Origin: Kudoa neothunni
Taxonomy: Eukaryota; Animalia; Cnidaria
Direction of reading: 5' to 3'
DNA: 64,000 nucleotides
NCBI GenBank assembly: GCA_964304625.1
Contig: OZ199840.1
Coordinates: 6,002,784 to 6,066,783 of the forward strand
Positions 1-12,907 of the stretch are shown piece after piece. A program made the position numbers and the translations under genes. Position 1 is the first letter of the stretch. The number at the start of each line of letters is the position of its first letter. Under the pieces are notes generated by a model, which saw nothing but the letters and a program-made list of their open reading frames with translations, had not been told where the DNA came from and did no database searches.

Positions 1-1166
1 ATCTGTTTATAATTTAATTCCCAAAATTAAATTTAAAAGAAAAATTTATCGAAAATTAATTCAGAAGGAACACCTTTATAGATACACCATGACGATCGAG
101 TTTTCCTTTAATTCTCAACTTTTAAAGTTTTATAAATCTAAAAAAATGTTTATATCATTATTAATCAGTTAGATCATGGAAACATATGAAATTATAGAAT
201 CTGGTTTTTTTCTTATAAGAACAATCCATCTATTTGAAATGAAAATCCTCAATGTGATGCTAATCACAATGAAAATGACCACATCACGTATGTATTAAAC
301 GCGGACACATTTTAACTTAGGACCAAAATGGAATGAATGATTTCTACCCAGTGATGAATAGGATATCTAATATTATAAAGTACACTTAGAAATGTACTTT
401 TACAACAACTTTTCCAAAAAATAAATGTTAATTAGTATGTTTTGATAAAAATGATTGATTTTTATATTTCATGCGCGCGCGATTAGATGGATATTGCGTA
501 TCCTTTTGTCATTCCCCAAAAAAGTGCGTAGTGACCACTGTTGACTGTATTATGAAGTAGGCTTATCCGATAGACATTGAAAATTAAAATTATATTCCAT
601 TGAATATGGAGGCAGCAAGTTAACAAATATTAGTGATTTTTAAATTTCTGTTGATTATATCATTGAGTCCAAAAACTAATTACTTAAAAATAACTAATGA
701 TAAATAATATTTTTAGACTAACAGAGTAAACATAATTATGATAAAGTATACAATTTAAATTATCACACATAATACTGGATATAAATATAATTGAAAACAA
801 CTTTTAATTCAAGTTTTATAACAGCTCCTAATTAATCTATCTTATTTTAAACAACGCGATGTAATACTGCATGGAAAAACACAAAATGATGGAAAACAGT
901 GCATATTTCGTAAAAAAGTTATATCATATGTTTTTTAATGCTCTCCACAACATAGAAATAAGAAAAATGATGAACAGTCATCGTATTTTGAATAACTGGT
1001 ATACAAATAATGAGAGAACGACATGCTGATATCGATGTTGCGTATGCGGACCACATCGCATGTGTAATGTTTCGTTATTTATTCATTGTTTACTTTATAG
1101 AATTTCCGTAAATTTTGTGAAACGACATGTATGAATATTGTAAATAATTTTATGGAAGAAAAATGT

Positions 1167-1381
1167 GGGGTAAATTTCTACCCCAATTTTATTTGGAAGG
1201 TGTTTTTACATTAACTTTTTTGATATATCGCAAAAAAATTTCAATTTATTTTTCTGAAAGCTTTTATAAAGATAAAAGATTACAAAAACTGGAGAAAAGT
1301 TATATTTCATGAATACGCTATAATATTGTAGGCAAGATTTACTTGGGGTAGAAATCTGCCCTATTTTACTTAGAAGGTTAA
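1167..1381. mobile_element. Probable right end of a piggyBac-like MITE
   Basis: Two related palindromic motifs (GGGGTAAATTTCTACCCC ~1167; GGGGTAGAAATCTGCCC ~1345) are followed by AGAAGG-TTAA, resembling the TTAA-flanked ends elsewhere in the window. No left end was identified. Confidence 0.35.
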
Positions 1382-2571
1382 TGTCAATTTCACAAGATTA
1401 TTCCCCTTGAACAAGTTAAAATAGCAAAATAATTAAAGATTAGTTTTTCAACAGTTTTCAGAGCTATATCATAAAAGCATCAAATTTTCGTCATTATCAT
1501 TAAAAAATATTTTAATACCTGTAGATAAAATTTTTTCCTTTTCCAAGTTTTAATATATTTTATGCAAATAAACCCCTACAAGATAAGCCTCCAACTAAAC
1601 GTTTTAGAATTTATAAGCTCAACAATTGGCTTCATAATGTTAAAAAAATTAGTTATTTTTTATTTAGGGAAATCATATAATAAAATCTAAACTATTATTA
1701 TTTTGTACTAATCTGTTTTTCAACAAGTATTATTTGTAACTAGCCACAATAAGAATTGATAGATATTGAATATACAGTTCTAGAATGTGTAATATAAATC
1801 CTGGCCATGTTAATATCGAAACATAATATTTCTATATATAAATTCAAATACAGGTTTTGATAAGATTTTATGGTAAAAAACTCATTTATAATGTAGAATT
1901 ATTTGATTCATTTAAGCTTTTACAAATACTAATAGAATAACTCCAAATTCCATCATATATCACTCAAAGAGATTTCAAAATGTGGTAACTTCAGGGGATA
2001 TTTATACATAGATACAAAATCTGGAGGACTTCAATTTAAAAAAAAGTCATTTTGCCGAAATAAATCGAGGAAAATTTCCATATCTATACCGAAATAGAGG
2101 AACAGGGAGAAGAAACTCTGAGACAACTCGTCTTTGCTTTTTATCCTGGATTTGTGGATATATTATTTCTTTTAATCAATAATATAAATTAATAAAAGAT
2201 ACTAAACAAAATCGTTTCAAAAATCTAAACGCTCGCAACTGATGATACTAATTGTAAGCGATGAAACTCATCCGTCCAATTCATTCTGATATTGTAAAAC
2301 ATCAACCTTATACGTCAAAAGTAACAGCGGCAAATATTTAACATCAATAACAATTGTGTCTAGTCAAATAATTTATTGTTTTGGTTAGTTTTAAATTAAA
2401 TATTTTGTTTTGCAAATGAAACTTGGTATCTACATTGACTCATACACGCACAGATATAGGATAAAATACATTTATATCTTATTGAGTCTATTCTATTAAT
2501 ATTCATTAGATATAATCGAATCTATTAAAGGTCGATAAATGCATAATTTTCCGAAATATCTCGTGTGTTTC

Positions 2572-2648
2572 TATAACGGGGATGGTTTGCAGTATCCAAA
2601 GACCGTAAGCAGCTGTCGGTATAATAATAATAATAATAATAATAATAA
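2572..2648 (+). repeat. (TAA)n microsatellite preceded by a likely SINE 3' fragment
   Basis: TATAACGGGGATGGT resembles TTAATGGGGATGGT near the 3' end of the SINE copy at ~9440. About 13 TAA units follow. Confidence 0.45.
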
Positions 2649-3029
2649 ACGTGGTTATTTGCATGATTAATAATACTTAGGTGCCATTAGTTTTGACGAT
2701 ATTGAATTATTTCTGGTCCATAAAAGCGAAGCGCCCGGTTAGAAATATTTAAACATAACAAATTAAAAAATCAACTTTCTACATGAACTGTACGTAGGAG
2801 TTGATGGGATTAAACACTCCATCGCGCAAGCGCACACTCCGTTTAGGATTAAAACAGTCCATGCAAATAATCTCTTGCTCATATTAATATGGAAAATGTT
2901 AACCGAGCCCTCACGACACAAGCTGGGAAAATAGTTGTTTTACAAATAGGTTTTTATTCAGGTGGATGTGACTCATTATAACATATTTATCTAAGTGGAT
3001 TTAGTGGTTCTAGATATATTAAGTTATTA

Positions 3030-3780
3030 ATGGCTGCCTATTTGAAGATTGGGAAATTACTTCAGTCAAAAACCGTTTTTTTCTGTTGTGATGTCCAAAC
3101 AACATTTTCAGCGATTATTGATAGGAATCCGAGATTTTTGATAAATGCGGAAAAAATGGTAATCAACACTTCAAATTAAATTGTATAGATCAGTTTGTTT
3201 TTATTAGATAAAAGCTCATCAAATACTAAATATACCTCTTGTTTTGACTGAACAGGTGAGAATAAGTTGATGATGAAAATTGAAATAGTTATTAAATTTG
3301 TGTTAGAATCCAGACAAGTTGGGACCAACTTTGCTTGAATTGCACTCCAGCAAAAGTCACACATTTTCCAAAACTTTATTCTCTATGTGCACTGATGAGG
3401 TGTTGAGTCATATGAAAGTGGAATTGCCTCATGTAGATTCAATAGTTATATTCGGATTGGAAGTAAATATGTCCGATTTCCACACGAAGAATCTAAAATT
3501 AACCTAGGCTCATATTTGTGTTCAACAAACAGTTTTGGATTTATTGGAAAATGATTTCAAGGTTCATGTTATCGTTGATGCTATTTTGTCGAGGGACACC
3601 AACGATAAAGAGGTTGCAATAAATGTAACGTTGTGTGCTGCCTCGGCTCGAGATGACTATTACTTTTAGCGTATGAGGGATGCTGGTGCTCATATAACCA
3701 CCGTAGAATCGATGTTATTTACCCTGCTCAAAGATTACAATCATCCCCACTTCAAGCAGATACAAAGTCTGATACTATAA
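3030..3780 (+). CDS. ISOC2: Isochorismatase domain-containing protein (ISOC1/ISOC2 family), 5 exons, ~186 aa
   Basis: Exons 3030-3158, 3208-3255, 3307-3462, 3508-3624 and 3670-3780 splice in frame through GT-AG introns of 45-51 nt. Motifs FFCCDVQ, LTEQNPDKLGPT, SKTLFSM, GLEAHICVQQTVLDLL and TTVESMLFTLL match the family. The paralogue (ISOC1 or ISOC2) is uncertain. Confidence 0.9.
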
Positions 3781-4374
3781 CTTTAGCAAAACCGATTATG
3801 GTTTAGTGCATTTTCATTTTCATTTGAACTATGAACGCATGTTTACACAACTACTCATTTTTCCTGATTTTTTAACTCCAATCGGTGTATAACAATAAAA
3901 TTAAGTTGTATACATTTTGCTGAATACTTAGAACAAGGTTTCTTCCATTCTTCTGATGGGCCATGTACCGTTTGTTTTTCGTTAACTTTGAATTCCGAAT
4001 CTCAGTTAATAATAGGATAAAAAATAAGCAGGCCAAGATTCAGCTTCGGCAAAGGAGCTTTTATGTAACTTATCTCATTTTTAAGATGTCCAGATTTTTG
4101 GTGTCCATATAACGTCAAAATATTCAATTATATCGGAAACGTTTCGTGCTTGGTTTAATCCTAATAAATGGTCTCACCCATTCCATGTCAAACAAAATGG
4201 TCACATGATTTATTTTTGTGTCATATTTAGCAATTAAATATTATACATCTATCTATATAGTTTAACAATAATTTTACTAATGTTTAAAGATTTATATTAT
4301 TGCGTGATATATATGTAGAAAAATGGGAAACAAATTGTACAATTAAGGGAGACTAATTTGGGATTATTTATCGT

Positions 4375-5604
4375 TTAACCCTTACAGAACGGTGTTCGGA
4401 AAATGTACGTATGTTCCGGTGTGGGGTCGGTGCGGACCCCAGCGGTTAGTTCATTATTTAAGCGAAATTGTTATAATAACTACCATTTTACATGATTAAT
4501 ATATTATAAAGATAAGGAAACAATTATTAGTTGGTTTAAATTATCTATATATTTTTGTAAAAGAGGGATAGATTAGCAGAATTTTCTACTGAAGGTGAAG
4601 CTTCACAAAATGACTGTGACACTCTCGCACGGCACCGATAGGCAGTATAAAATAGCTTTTCCACGACAATGATTAAGACATTCAGTAGCATTGTTTGTAT
4701 TAAAGAATATTTAAAGGACCAACTAGCCACGCCAAGCCGCGTTTTTCCAGTAACTCTCGTTTATCTTATAGCGCGGAGGATTATAATGATAACAAAATAT
4801 TGCATTGATTTTATTTTACATACCAATGACAGAATTACTCATTCGCTATAAAATAAAAAAGTTAAATCTAAACTTGTAAGTTTAAATTAATCATCGATGC
4901 ATGTAAAGTCCTCAAAAATTGATATCCATATCTACATAGTACATTTATTTTATCTGAGTATTTTTTCACTTAGAAGACATTTTTATTTCTATGTGATTTT
5001 AAAATTAAAAAATAATACGGAATATATTAGCTCGATGTTTTTTGGATAGTTTCATCAAAAGTCAATTAAAAAAAATATAATAAATAAAGTAATAAACAGC
5101 GGTGAATATTTCGGAATTAAAATTATGATATGAAGTAGATATTGATCACCGAAACATTTATTAATTAAAAAAAGCAATAACTAATAATTTACTTATATTG
5201 TACACAAACAACGTGGATTTAAATTTAAACCTCGAATCCTTCAATAATCTATGGGTATATAAATCGGTATTTGTCGGGCGACGATGTAAAATGATGGAAA
5301 TACAATTATATTGATTTAAAATATAATTAAAACACATATTTAATGAAGTTTCATTAATTATTTTATTTTGTATATTAATCTCAATTAATAAGCTAACTAA
5401 ATAATCCCTTTATCAAAAACATGCACGAAAGAAGTAAGTTTATTTCGATTAATTTTAAATATAAAAAAACTTAAAAGATAAATAAACTAACTTGATACCT
5501 CTTTTTAGAATTCATGGGATTAAAACATTTTTTCGTTTATAAAACAAAGAGAAAACACAAAAATTGGGGTCCGCATGGACCCCACACCGTCCCGCGAAGA
5601 TTAA
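4375..5604. mobile_element. Non-autonomous piggyBac-like element with TTAA target sites
   Basis: Left end TTAA-CCCTT...CGGTGTGGGGTCGGTGCGGACCCC. The right end GGGGTCCGCATGGACCCCACACCGT...GAAGA-TTAA is its inverted complement. Confidence 0.75.
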
Positions 5605-5744
5605 ATAGAGTTTGCAGCTGTTGATGCTTATTTATAAAAAATTCGACGTTTATTTTTTGTTAATTTATCGACGAGCATGCACATGTTGCTAACGTCATGA
5701 ATTCGAATGAATTTTGAATAAATCACCATAGAATGGTGCAGTTA

Positions 5745-7900
5745 CAATTTTCCATTATAATATAATATTGAGAGAATTCTAAAGCGCTCATCTGATAGAC
5801 TCGTTCTATCTTTAATGCTTTTATTTCGGAAAATTCCTATCGACCCATATAAATGATAATGGAATTGCAGTTATGTTTTGGCAGATTTTTGACAAGGTCG
5901 GAAATGAGTTATCATATGATTTCCAGAAATTATTCGAATCGGATGCGTTATCTCTTTTGGATCATTTCAATATATGGTGAGATACCCAATAGTTTGATGT
6001 CGTTCATATTGCTTATTCGAGAGGAATCCAGATGTCTTGTAACGTTTGAAAAGGTCACAAGATGTAAATCAACCCGATTTTTTTTAATTAGTTCGAACAT
6101 CTCATGAACCAACATTTAAACAAATCTTTCCATGTTTTCTAAAACATTTTCCTTTTATGAATAGGAAAATTGTGATGAAACTTTTGTAGTTATTCAATAT
6201 TTCCACAATTGAAATATTATAATTCCAATTCATCCGATCATACGATCATACACATATGAAATATCGTATAGACCAGGGGTCGGTAACACTATTAGGTTGC
6301 CGTGTCGGATAGTCAGGCCAAACTCGAAGGCGTGACAGAATATATTTAAATCCTTTAGATGTAATGAATTTTTCACAATGAAATTGAAAATTGGATTAGT
6401 AAATTTACATTATGCAATTTAAAAGAATTTATTTTTATTTTAACGAGAAAAAGAAATATAATGAACGTGAAAATTCGATATTGTATATGAGGGAATTACT
6501 GGTTTTATACAATTTTTTGTTTCAAAATTTACCTGATATTATTGATGCTGAAGTTAAACGTTTATATATTTAAATTATGGTTTGAAATCGTAAAGAACAA
6601 TAATTATACGCTTCTGTTAGTTACAATAAAACTAATATCATACAATCGGTAAAAAAAGTAAGGAATTTGTTTGGGCTAAAATTTTAATCTTTTTTTAACA
6701 CTTATATTTAGAAAAGGGGATACTACTTAATTAACATAGTTCACATTGCTATTAAGCTTATTTATGCGCTGAAGAGATCGACATTAAAAATTGGGGAAAT
6801 TATACAAGTACCATCAAAAAATAACTTTATCATTGACACCCCCTCGCGAGCCAGTCGTTACCGACCTTTGGTATAGATCTTTAGATTCAATCGATGTAGT
6901 AAAGACAAACTTCGGAGCTAAAGAAATTGGAATGAATCACACATAAACGTGCGAATCATTTAATGATCCTTTCGATAGGATAATAATTTCAACAAAATTT
7001 GAAATAGATTCCTGTTGGGAACTCAAAAGAAACTCTAAAGTTTATTGGAAATATTCATTGCAACATTGTATGCAATTGAGAAAACTGTACCAACGTATAT
7101 CAAGTATTTGTGGGATTTCGTATAGTAAATTCATTCTATTTTTATAAAGAATTTTTAGATATATATTCTTAGTTAACATATTTTACGCAGAAGAGAGGAA
7201 AATTTCATGCCAAATTGTTTGACGTACTCAAACACCGCAAGGTGGACTTTTAATCGTTAAATGAATCATGTGTGAAAAACCAGGGACCCTGATTACATGA
7301 CTATACATGACTGATAAATTTTTATAATACTTTTCCATTTAGGCGACAGAACATGAAACAACATTCTTGAAATTTTTTCCATAAATCACATACGTTTGAA
7401 GGGTTTCCGAAATTTCGTTTGCAATAATTATTTAATTATTTTTGAGAAGAGTTTTGGAATTCAGCATAAGTGTTCTTTTCATGTCTCCTTCATTATCATA
7501 AAATTTCGCAAAAATATTCAATAATGGTCTGTTTTTTAAATCTAGAATTTCATTGATAACGAGTGTAAAATTTATTCTTTACAATTGATCTCATTTTATG
7601 TTCATTTTGCCGAATGATCATCGGAAACTATTTATCGAAGACCAACAATATTTTGAAAAAAAATTGCGCCAACTCTTTTTCTTATAAATTGGCGATAACG
7701 GAAGACCGCTTAAAATAATAATAGAAACCAAATCTTTCTCAATTTGGTCATTTTTCCATCTTTAAGAAACGCAACTGACAGAGAACTGTCTTGAAATGTT
7801 AATTGTTAAAGAAATATGCCAATAAATTCTAATTTACTCTATGGATGGTTTCACTTTGAAATACTTACAGACCAGTCCATTTTTCTTGTTGTCTAGGTCG
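5745..7900 (-). pseudogene. Decayed hAT-family transposase
   Basis: Minus-strand fragments NFWKSYDNSFPTLSKICQNITAIPLSFIWVDRNF and DRTSLSDERFRILSILYYN match the hAT C-terminal dimerisation domain. LCVIHS (CxxH motif) lies at ~6940 and LVCKYF / IILSGLPLS near 7700-7880. Many stops and frameshifts. Confidence 0.7.
6274..6870. mobile_element. hAT (Charlie/Buster-type) MITE, ~600 bp, nested in the hAT transposase remnant
   Basis: TIRs CAGGGGTCGGTAAC and GTTACCGACCTTTG. The 8-bp TSD is GTATAGAC (6266-6273) / GTATAGAT (6871-6878), with central TA. Confidence 0.85.
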
Positions 7901-9045
7901 AACTATTAAATAAAGAAACTCTCAAGTTCTCCAATATTCCTATCCGTTTCAAATGATTTCTAAAGATTTCGAGTGTTCCCGGGAAATAAACGTCGAAACT
8001 TACAAAAATTCGACGACCCTAAGTATTATTGAATATTATTAGTCGGCGGATGGACAAATTATATCATTTAAATTTTAGACAAAAAAAGAAATTAAATCAT
8101 TGTTTCCATCTAAAATCAGAAAATAATGGTTAAAAGTTTTCACCAGAAATAGTGGAAACGGAATAATTCATTATTCCTCTTTTGAAGGTGATCTGTCAAT
8201 GAACCCTCCACAGGCATCGGAATAAATTAATCTAATAAAGTGATAAAATTGTGAGACATTTTAAATGATATTAATCATCATTTTTGATTATAATGATCCC
8301 TACATTTTCCTTTATACCAAAAGCTTCTTATGTATAGTTATTTTTTCAACTTCTACTATCGCAAGACATAGAATATCATATCGTCTTGTTACAGACGATT
8401 AAGTTTTATAAAAACAAAAAATAAGAAATCATGATATGAGGAATTATTTATTGGATGATAAAAAATTAAATTATTTGAGTTTTTTTAGATGGATGTATCG
8501 TCTTCGTATCATCCACGTATAATTCTGTTTTTGTATTAACTTCGTCATCAAGATATGCCAACACCAAACGAATACTATCTCAGTTAGCCATTATAACACT
8601 GTTAAATGCATAAAATAAATATGGGTTCTTTGTATTTGTTCGATATGTTGATCTCTCTATATCGATTGTACTATAAATCAAATAAATTGTATATTAGAAT
8701 TTTCTTAGCTCGCTAAATCTCTCTCTTGAATAATTAACTATTTACTAAATACAAGGTATCTATATCGGCCCTAAATAAATAATTTTAATAGTTAAAGAGT
8801 AACCTATAAATGAAAGAAAGTATCTACTCTTTGCTGGACAAAATATTGAACTCACGACAAAGAGGGAAGGGCGGTCAATATCTACGACGGCAATCAGTAG
8901 TTGAGTTAGTCACCTTTACAAAAAGATACAAATTAAATTAATAGGAAATATCTTTTATTTATCAGTTTTGTGATTAATTTCATTTTTTGTCAATTCACCG
9001 TCTTTACGCCCATATTCCCCGCTCATGCACGCACGCTATAGCGGA

Positions 9046-9480
9046 GGACACATAGCCCAGTGGTGGTGTGACTAGACTCCATAACCGGAGGTACAGCGTT
9101 CTATCCCTGCTGTTGATCAGTCTACTATTCCCGTACGAGCGTGTCTCTATCCCGTAATGGGAATGGGATCTGTTGTTAGAGTGCGATTGCACTTGGGTGT
9201 AATTTCACCTGCAATTAAAGTTCGATCTAGCGGAGGAAGCTGAATTAGACGTTTCAATAGTGGGGGATGCACAAGCAAACTTAAAATCCTCGTGGAGTCC
9301 GTCAAATCCATTATGGGTAGGATTTGGGGTGGCGGTTGCCTTCGAAACGAGGATGTTTAATGGATTAAACTACCACACTACCTCAGAAAGATAATGGGCG
9401 AGGAGCACAAGTTACTCGTCCCGTGGTGCTTAAACAGCGTTAATGGGGATGGTCTAACCATCCATAACTCTACGACTTAA
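9046..9480 (+). mobile_element. tRNA-derived SINE, copy 1
   Basis: GC-rich island with A-box TAGCCCAGTGG (9053) and B-box-like GTTCTATCC (9098). The body is collinear with the copy at 50300-50654 and shares the GAAACGAGGATGTTTAATG...CCACA motif with 25737. Confidence 0.7.
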
Positions 9481-9900
9481 CATGTTGCGTCAGAGGTTTC
9501 ACAATAATGCCTTGTGATATCATGCTTCTATTATTTCACCTGCAATACTTTTTTGGGGATTCAAATAATTCTAATATATAAAATTGAATATTGTTTAACT
9601 CACCTAGATTATTTTTAAGAATGAATGGTTTTCAAAAGAATTACACATCTTAAATCCAATTCATAATTTAGCATCGCTTACTAGCTTATTGGTTATGCCT
9701 CATCTGTATAAAATTTTATATTTTCATACTTATTTATTTTCGAAATAAAAATATGATTAATTAGTTATGAAAATTCATTAATACCAGGAGAAAATCAGTC
9801 AAGCGTTGAGGAGCACACGTAAAATAGTTAACATAAATTATTTATTGAGAGGGATTAATAACAAAAATGATTGAAGAGGTTTGGATGTAGCTTCGAACAA

Positions 9901-12300
9901 TTAAATAAATGGGAGTGGAGTTTGTTTAATAGAAGAATTCTGACTTCTGTGAAGGTGTCTAGCAACCCATTTTTCACATCGCTTCTCCCAAACAAGAGTC
10001 TCTTCAAACTGCATGACCACAATAGTCTTTTCACTGAATGACATAAAAATACCAACTCAGATAAACCAAATTAAAATATGTTACCCATTCACAGTTTGGT
10101 GTATCCTTGTGTAGCAGATGATTGCAGCGTTGCCATTTCCAAAAACTGTCACAGTAGGATTGATGATGATACTTTTAGCAGTTTCACATTTTTCTGAGTA
10201 AATAACTAGAATAGAAGTTTTAAATTATAATTAGTGGCATACGGTTTTCAAAAAAGTATTTTTGAAAATGGTTTCCGTGAACAATGCATCCAGAAAGATT
10301 GGGATAGAATGCTGTAAATCGATCGTCGCACATTTCCCTATAAAATAGGTGTGAAGTCTACACAAGATCGATATATGGTCGGCTTACGCGTACGCTTCCA
10401 AGTCACCCAATTCACAAGCATTCAAGTAGGTTTCTGTGATAGAAAGAATTTCCATCTCTGTATCGGTTCCCTGACCTTGTGTGGTTATACTAGAACTCCC
10501 ATACATAACATTCCAATCCAAAGTACCGTTTTTGTTCTTGATAACATCTTGGATGTCTACTGGAGTAGCAATCTATGTTGATTTTGAGTTAAGCACGTAC
10601 AATCGTTAAACTCTAGTTTTACTTCTTTGGCTGTTTTTGCTTGAGCTTTTTTATCGGCATCTAAATCGAACATAATGGATTCAATGGAGTAAAGCTGTGT
10701 ATATTATTATTACTACTACCTGGAGACAACTTGGGTCTTAATCTGTTTGTCGCTAACGTCGACAAAATAGCACCCTTAAAAAAGAAAAATCATTAGTTGA
10801 TAACGTGAAATTTATCAGTCGATAAAAAACCTTGAGTTTGCGACGAGCATTGAATTTTCGTATTGTTGATACTGTTGTGGTTCTGTTGCTTGAGCTAGCA
10901 ACGCTTTTGCTATTCTAAATAACTATTCGAAACAACTATCGCCTGTGTTTGAACAGACCTTGATCCACGGATGTTCGAGACAGCCCTTGGCAGTCAATCT
11001 AGTGTCAGGGTCTTTATTCAGCATCATTAGAATGAGATTCTATTTTTGAGTGTGTGTTTGTGAGCTGAGTGTACAGAGTGACTGGGGATTACCTTAGCCT
11101 CGCTGGAGACTGTTTCCCATTCGGTTCCATCGAATGTGACGGGATACGATTTGATTTGTTGATACAATTTATGATTGTTGTCATCCCAGAAAGGACAGTA
11201 ACCCACCAACAGAATGTAGAGAATGACACCGCACGCCCAAATATCGACCTTTTTGCCATATGGAACTTTTCTTACTACTTCCGGGGCCAAATATCCAGGT
11301 GTTCCAGCGAAACCTACGTGAATTAATTAGGTAAGATTTCAAACTGCCAATTATTCCAACACAAATACCAAACCAACTGGTGCTGTCTCCTTCGCAATCT
11401 ACGGCCAATCCAAAATCAGCCAATTTTATTGATGCTCCTTTTTGTTTGGTACTGAGTAGCAGGTTCTCAGGCTATCAACAATTATCATATGGACACCTAT
11501 TATGGGTTTTATTACTTTAAGATCACGATGGATAATGCTGATGCTGTGACAGTAGTCGATAGCATCTAGGATTTGTTTCATAATAAGACTAATTAGAAGT
11601 TTAATAGACGAGGCACGAAACAGCAATAGTCTACCTGGCATCTAACTCTGAGTAGCATTCTCTAGCAACAATATCATCAAACAACTCTCCTCCGGTAATG
11701 CTAAAAGATTAGGGATAGTTATGAGTGATTTGAATCAACAAAAATAAATAGTTACAGTTCAAAAATCATATAATGATAAGATCCTTGTGTGATGGTTTCA
11801 CGGAAGAGAACTAGACGATAGGATTAGATCGTGGTTGTAGTAGTGGACTGACGAAACTTACCAATGTGTGGATGGTCTAATTTTTTGCAAATTCTCGCTT
11901 CTCGATCCAGCTTTTGTAGTTCTAATAAACAAGTCAACTATTGAACACCTAGATCGAACCACATTAATTAACGTGGTATATACCTCTTGTGGTCATTTTA
12001 GAGAGATCGAAAATTTTGGCAGCAAAGAATTTGTTAGTGGAAATTTCTTTGCATTTTTTGACAATAGAAAAGGCTCCTCTATTCAGAGAATTAGTTCCGC
12101 ATTTAAAAAACTGTTAACGATAGAAGACTCAAGTAAATGAGGCTGCAGAAGAATTAGTAGCTGTCACAAACAGCGAACAAATTAATTCTATTCACAGGAA
12201 ATCAAAAAATATAATGGTTAAGCATTAGATATAAACATATGCGCAAAACCAACCTGCCAAGTTCATCTAAGATATTGTATTTTTCACTGAACAGAAGCAT
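9901..12300 (-). CDS. CAMK2: Calcium/calmodulin-dependent protein kinase II, multi-exon
   Basis: Kinase motifs [41 protein letters not shown] and [16 protein letters not shown]. Regulatory segment [14 protein letters not shown]. Hub domain [10 protein letters not shown]...FQKYFFEN...[21 protein letters not shown]. Stop TAA at 9901-9903. Confidence 0.95.
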
Positions 12301-12907
12301 CGATACTCACTCTAACAATGTTGTATTAGTAAAATTAGTCTTATTAAATTTTAATAATAACCTCGTTAACTATTCAACTATTCATAACGTAATATGAATT
12401 ATATGTGGTTGTTCATTCTATTGACAATAACTTAATAGATAATGAATATGAAAAGTTGACTACATTGCTATTTTTTACTATTTTTCGAAATAAACGTTCC
12501 ATTTAATTATCATGATTATTATATTAATCATAATTAATTTATTTGAACAAAAATATAATGTTTAATTGATTTTTTTACTCATTTTCGAGTTAATCCATAA
12601 TTTCTTTACAAAAAATAACACTTATTGTTTTTATAAATACGATATATATCGTTAAAAATTCTAGTTCATTCCTGACCTCCATATTTTGTTATGCATTGTT
12701 GAGAGTAGCATGACTTTCCAACTGGATTATATTATTTCAAGTTTAAATTTGCCAAACATTATAACAGCTCAAATTAAAGCACAAACTCAATTTTTTATAT
12801 AAAATTATATCAAACTATTATCAAAAGAGTATTTAATTCGTTTCCGTCTAGAATCGTTTATAAGATAGACGACATTATCGGCTTTTCCCCGAACGAGGTT
12901 TTTAACA

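Noticed and set aside
9046-9120. Functional tRNA gene or hammerhead ribozyme
   Set aside because: Acceptor and anticodon stems do not pair properly and there is no terminator. No CUGAnGA core pairs with the downstream GAAA. Treated as a SINE head.
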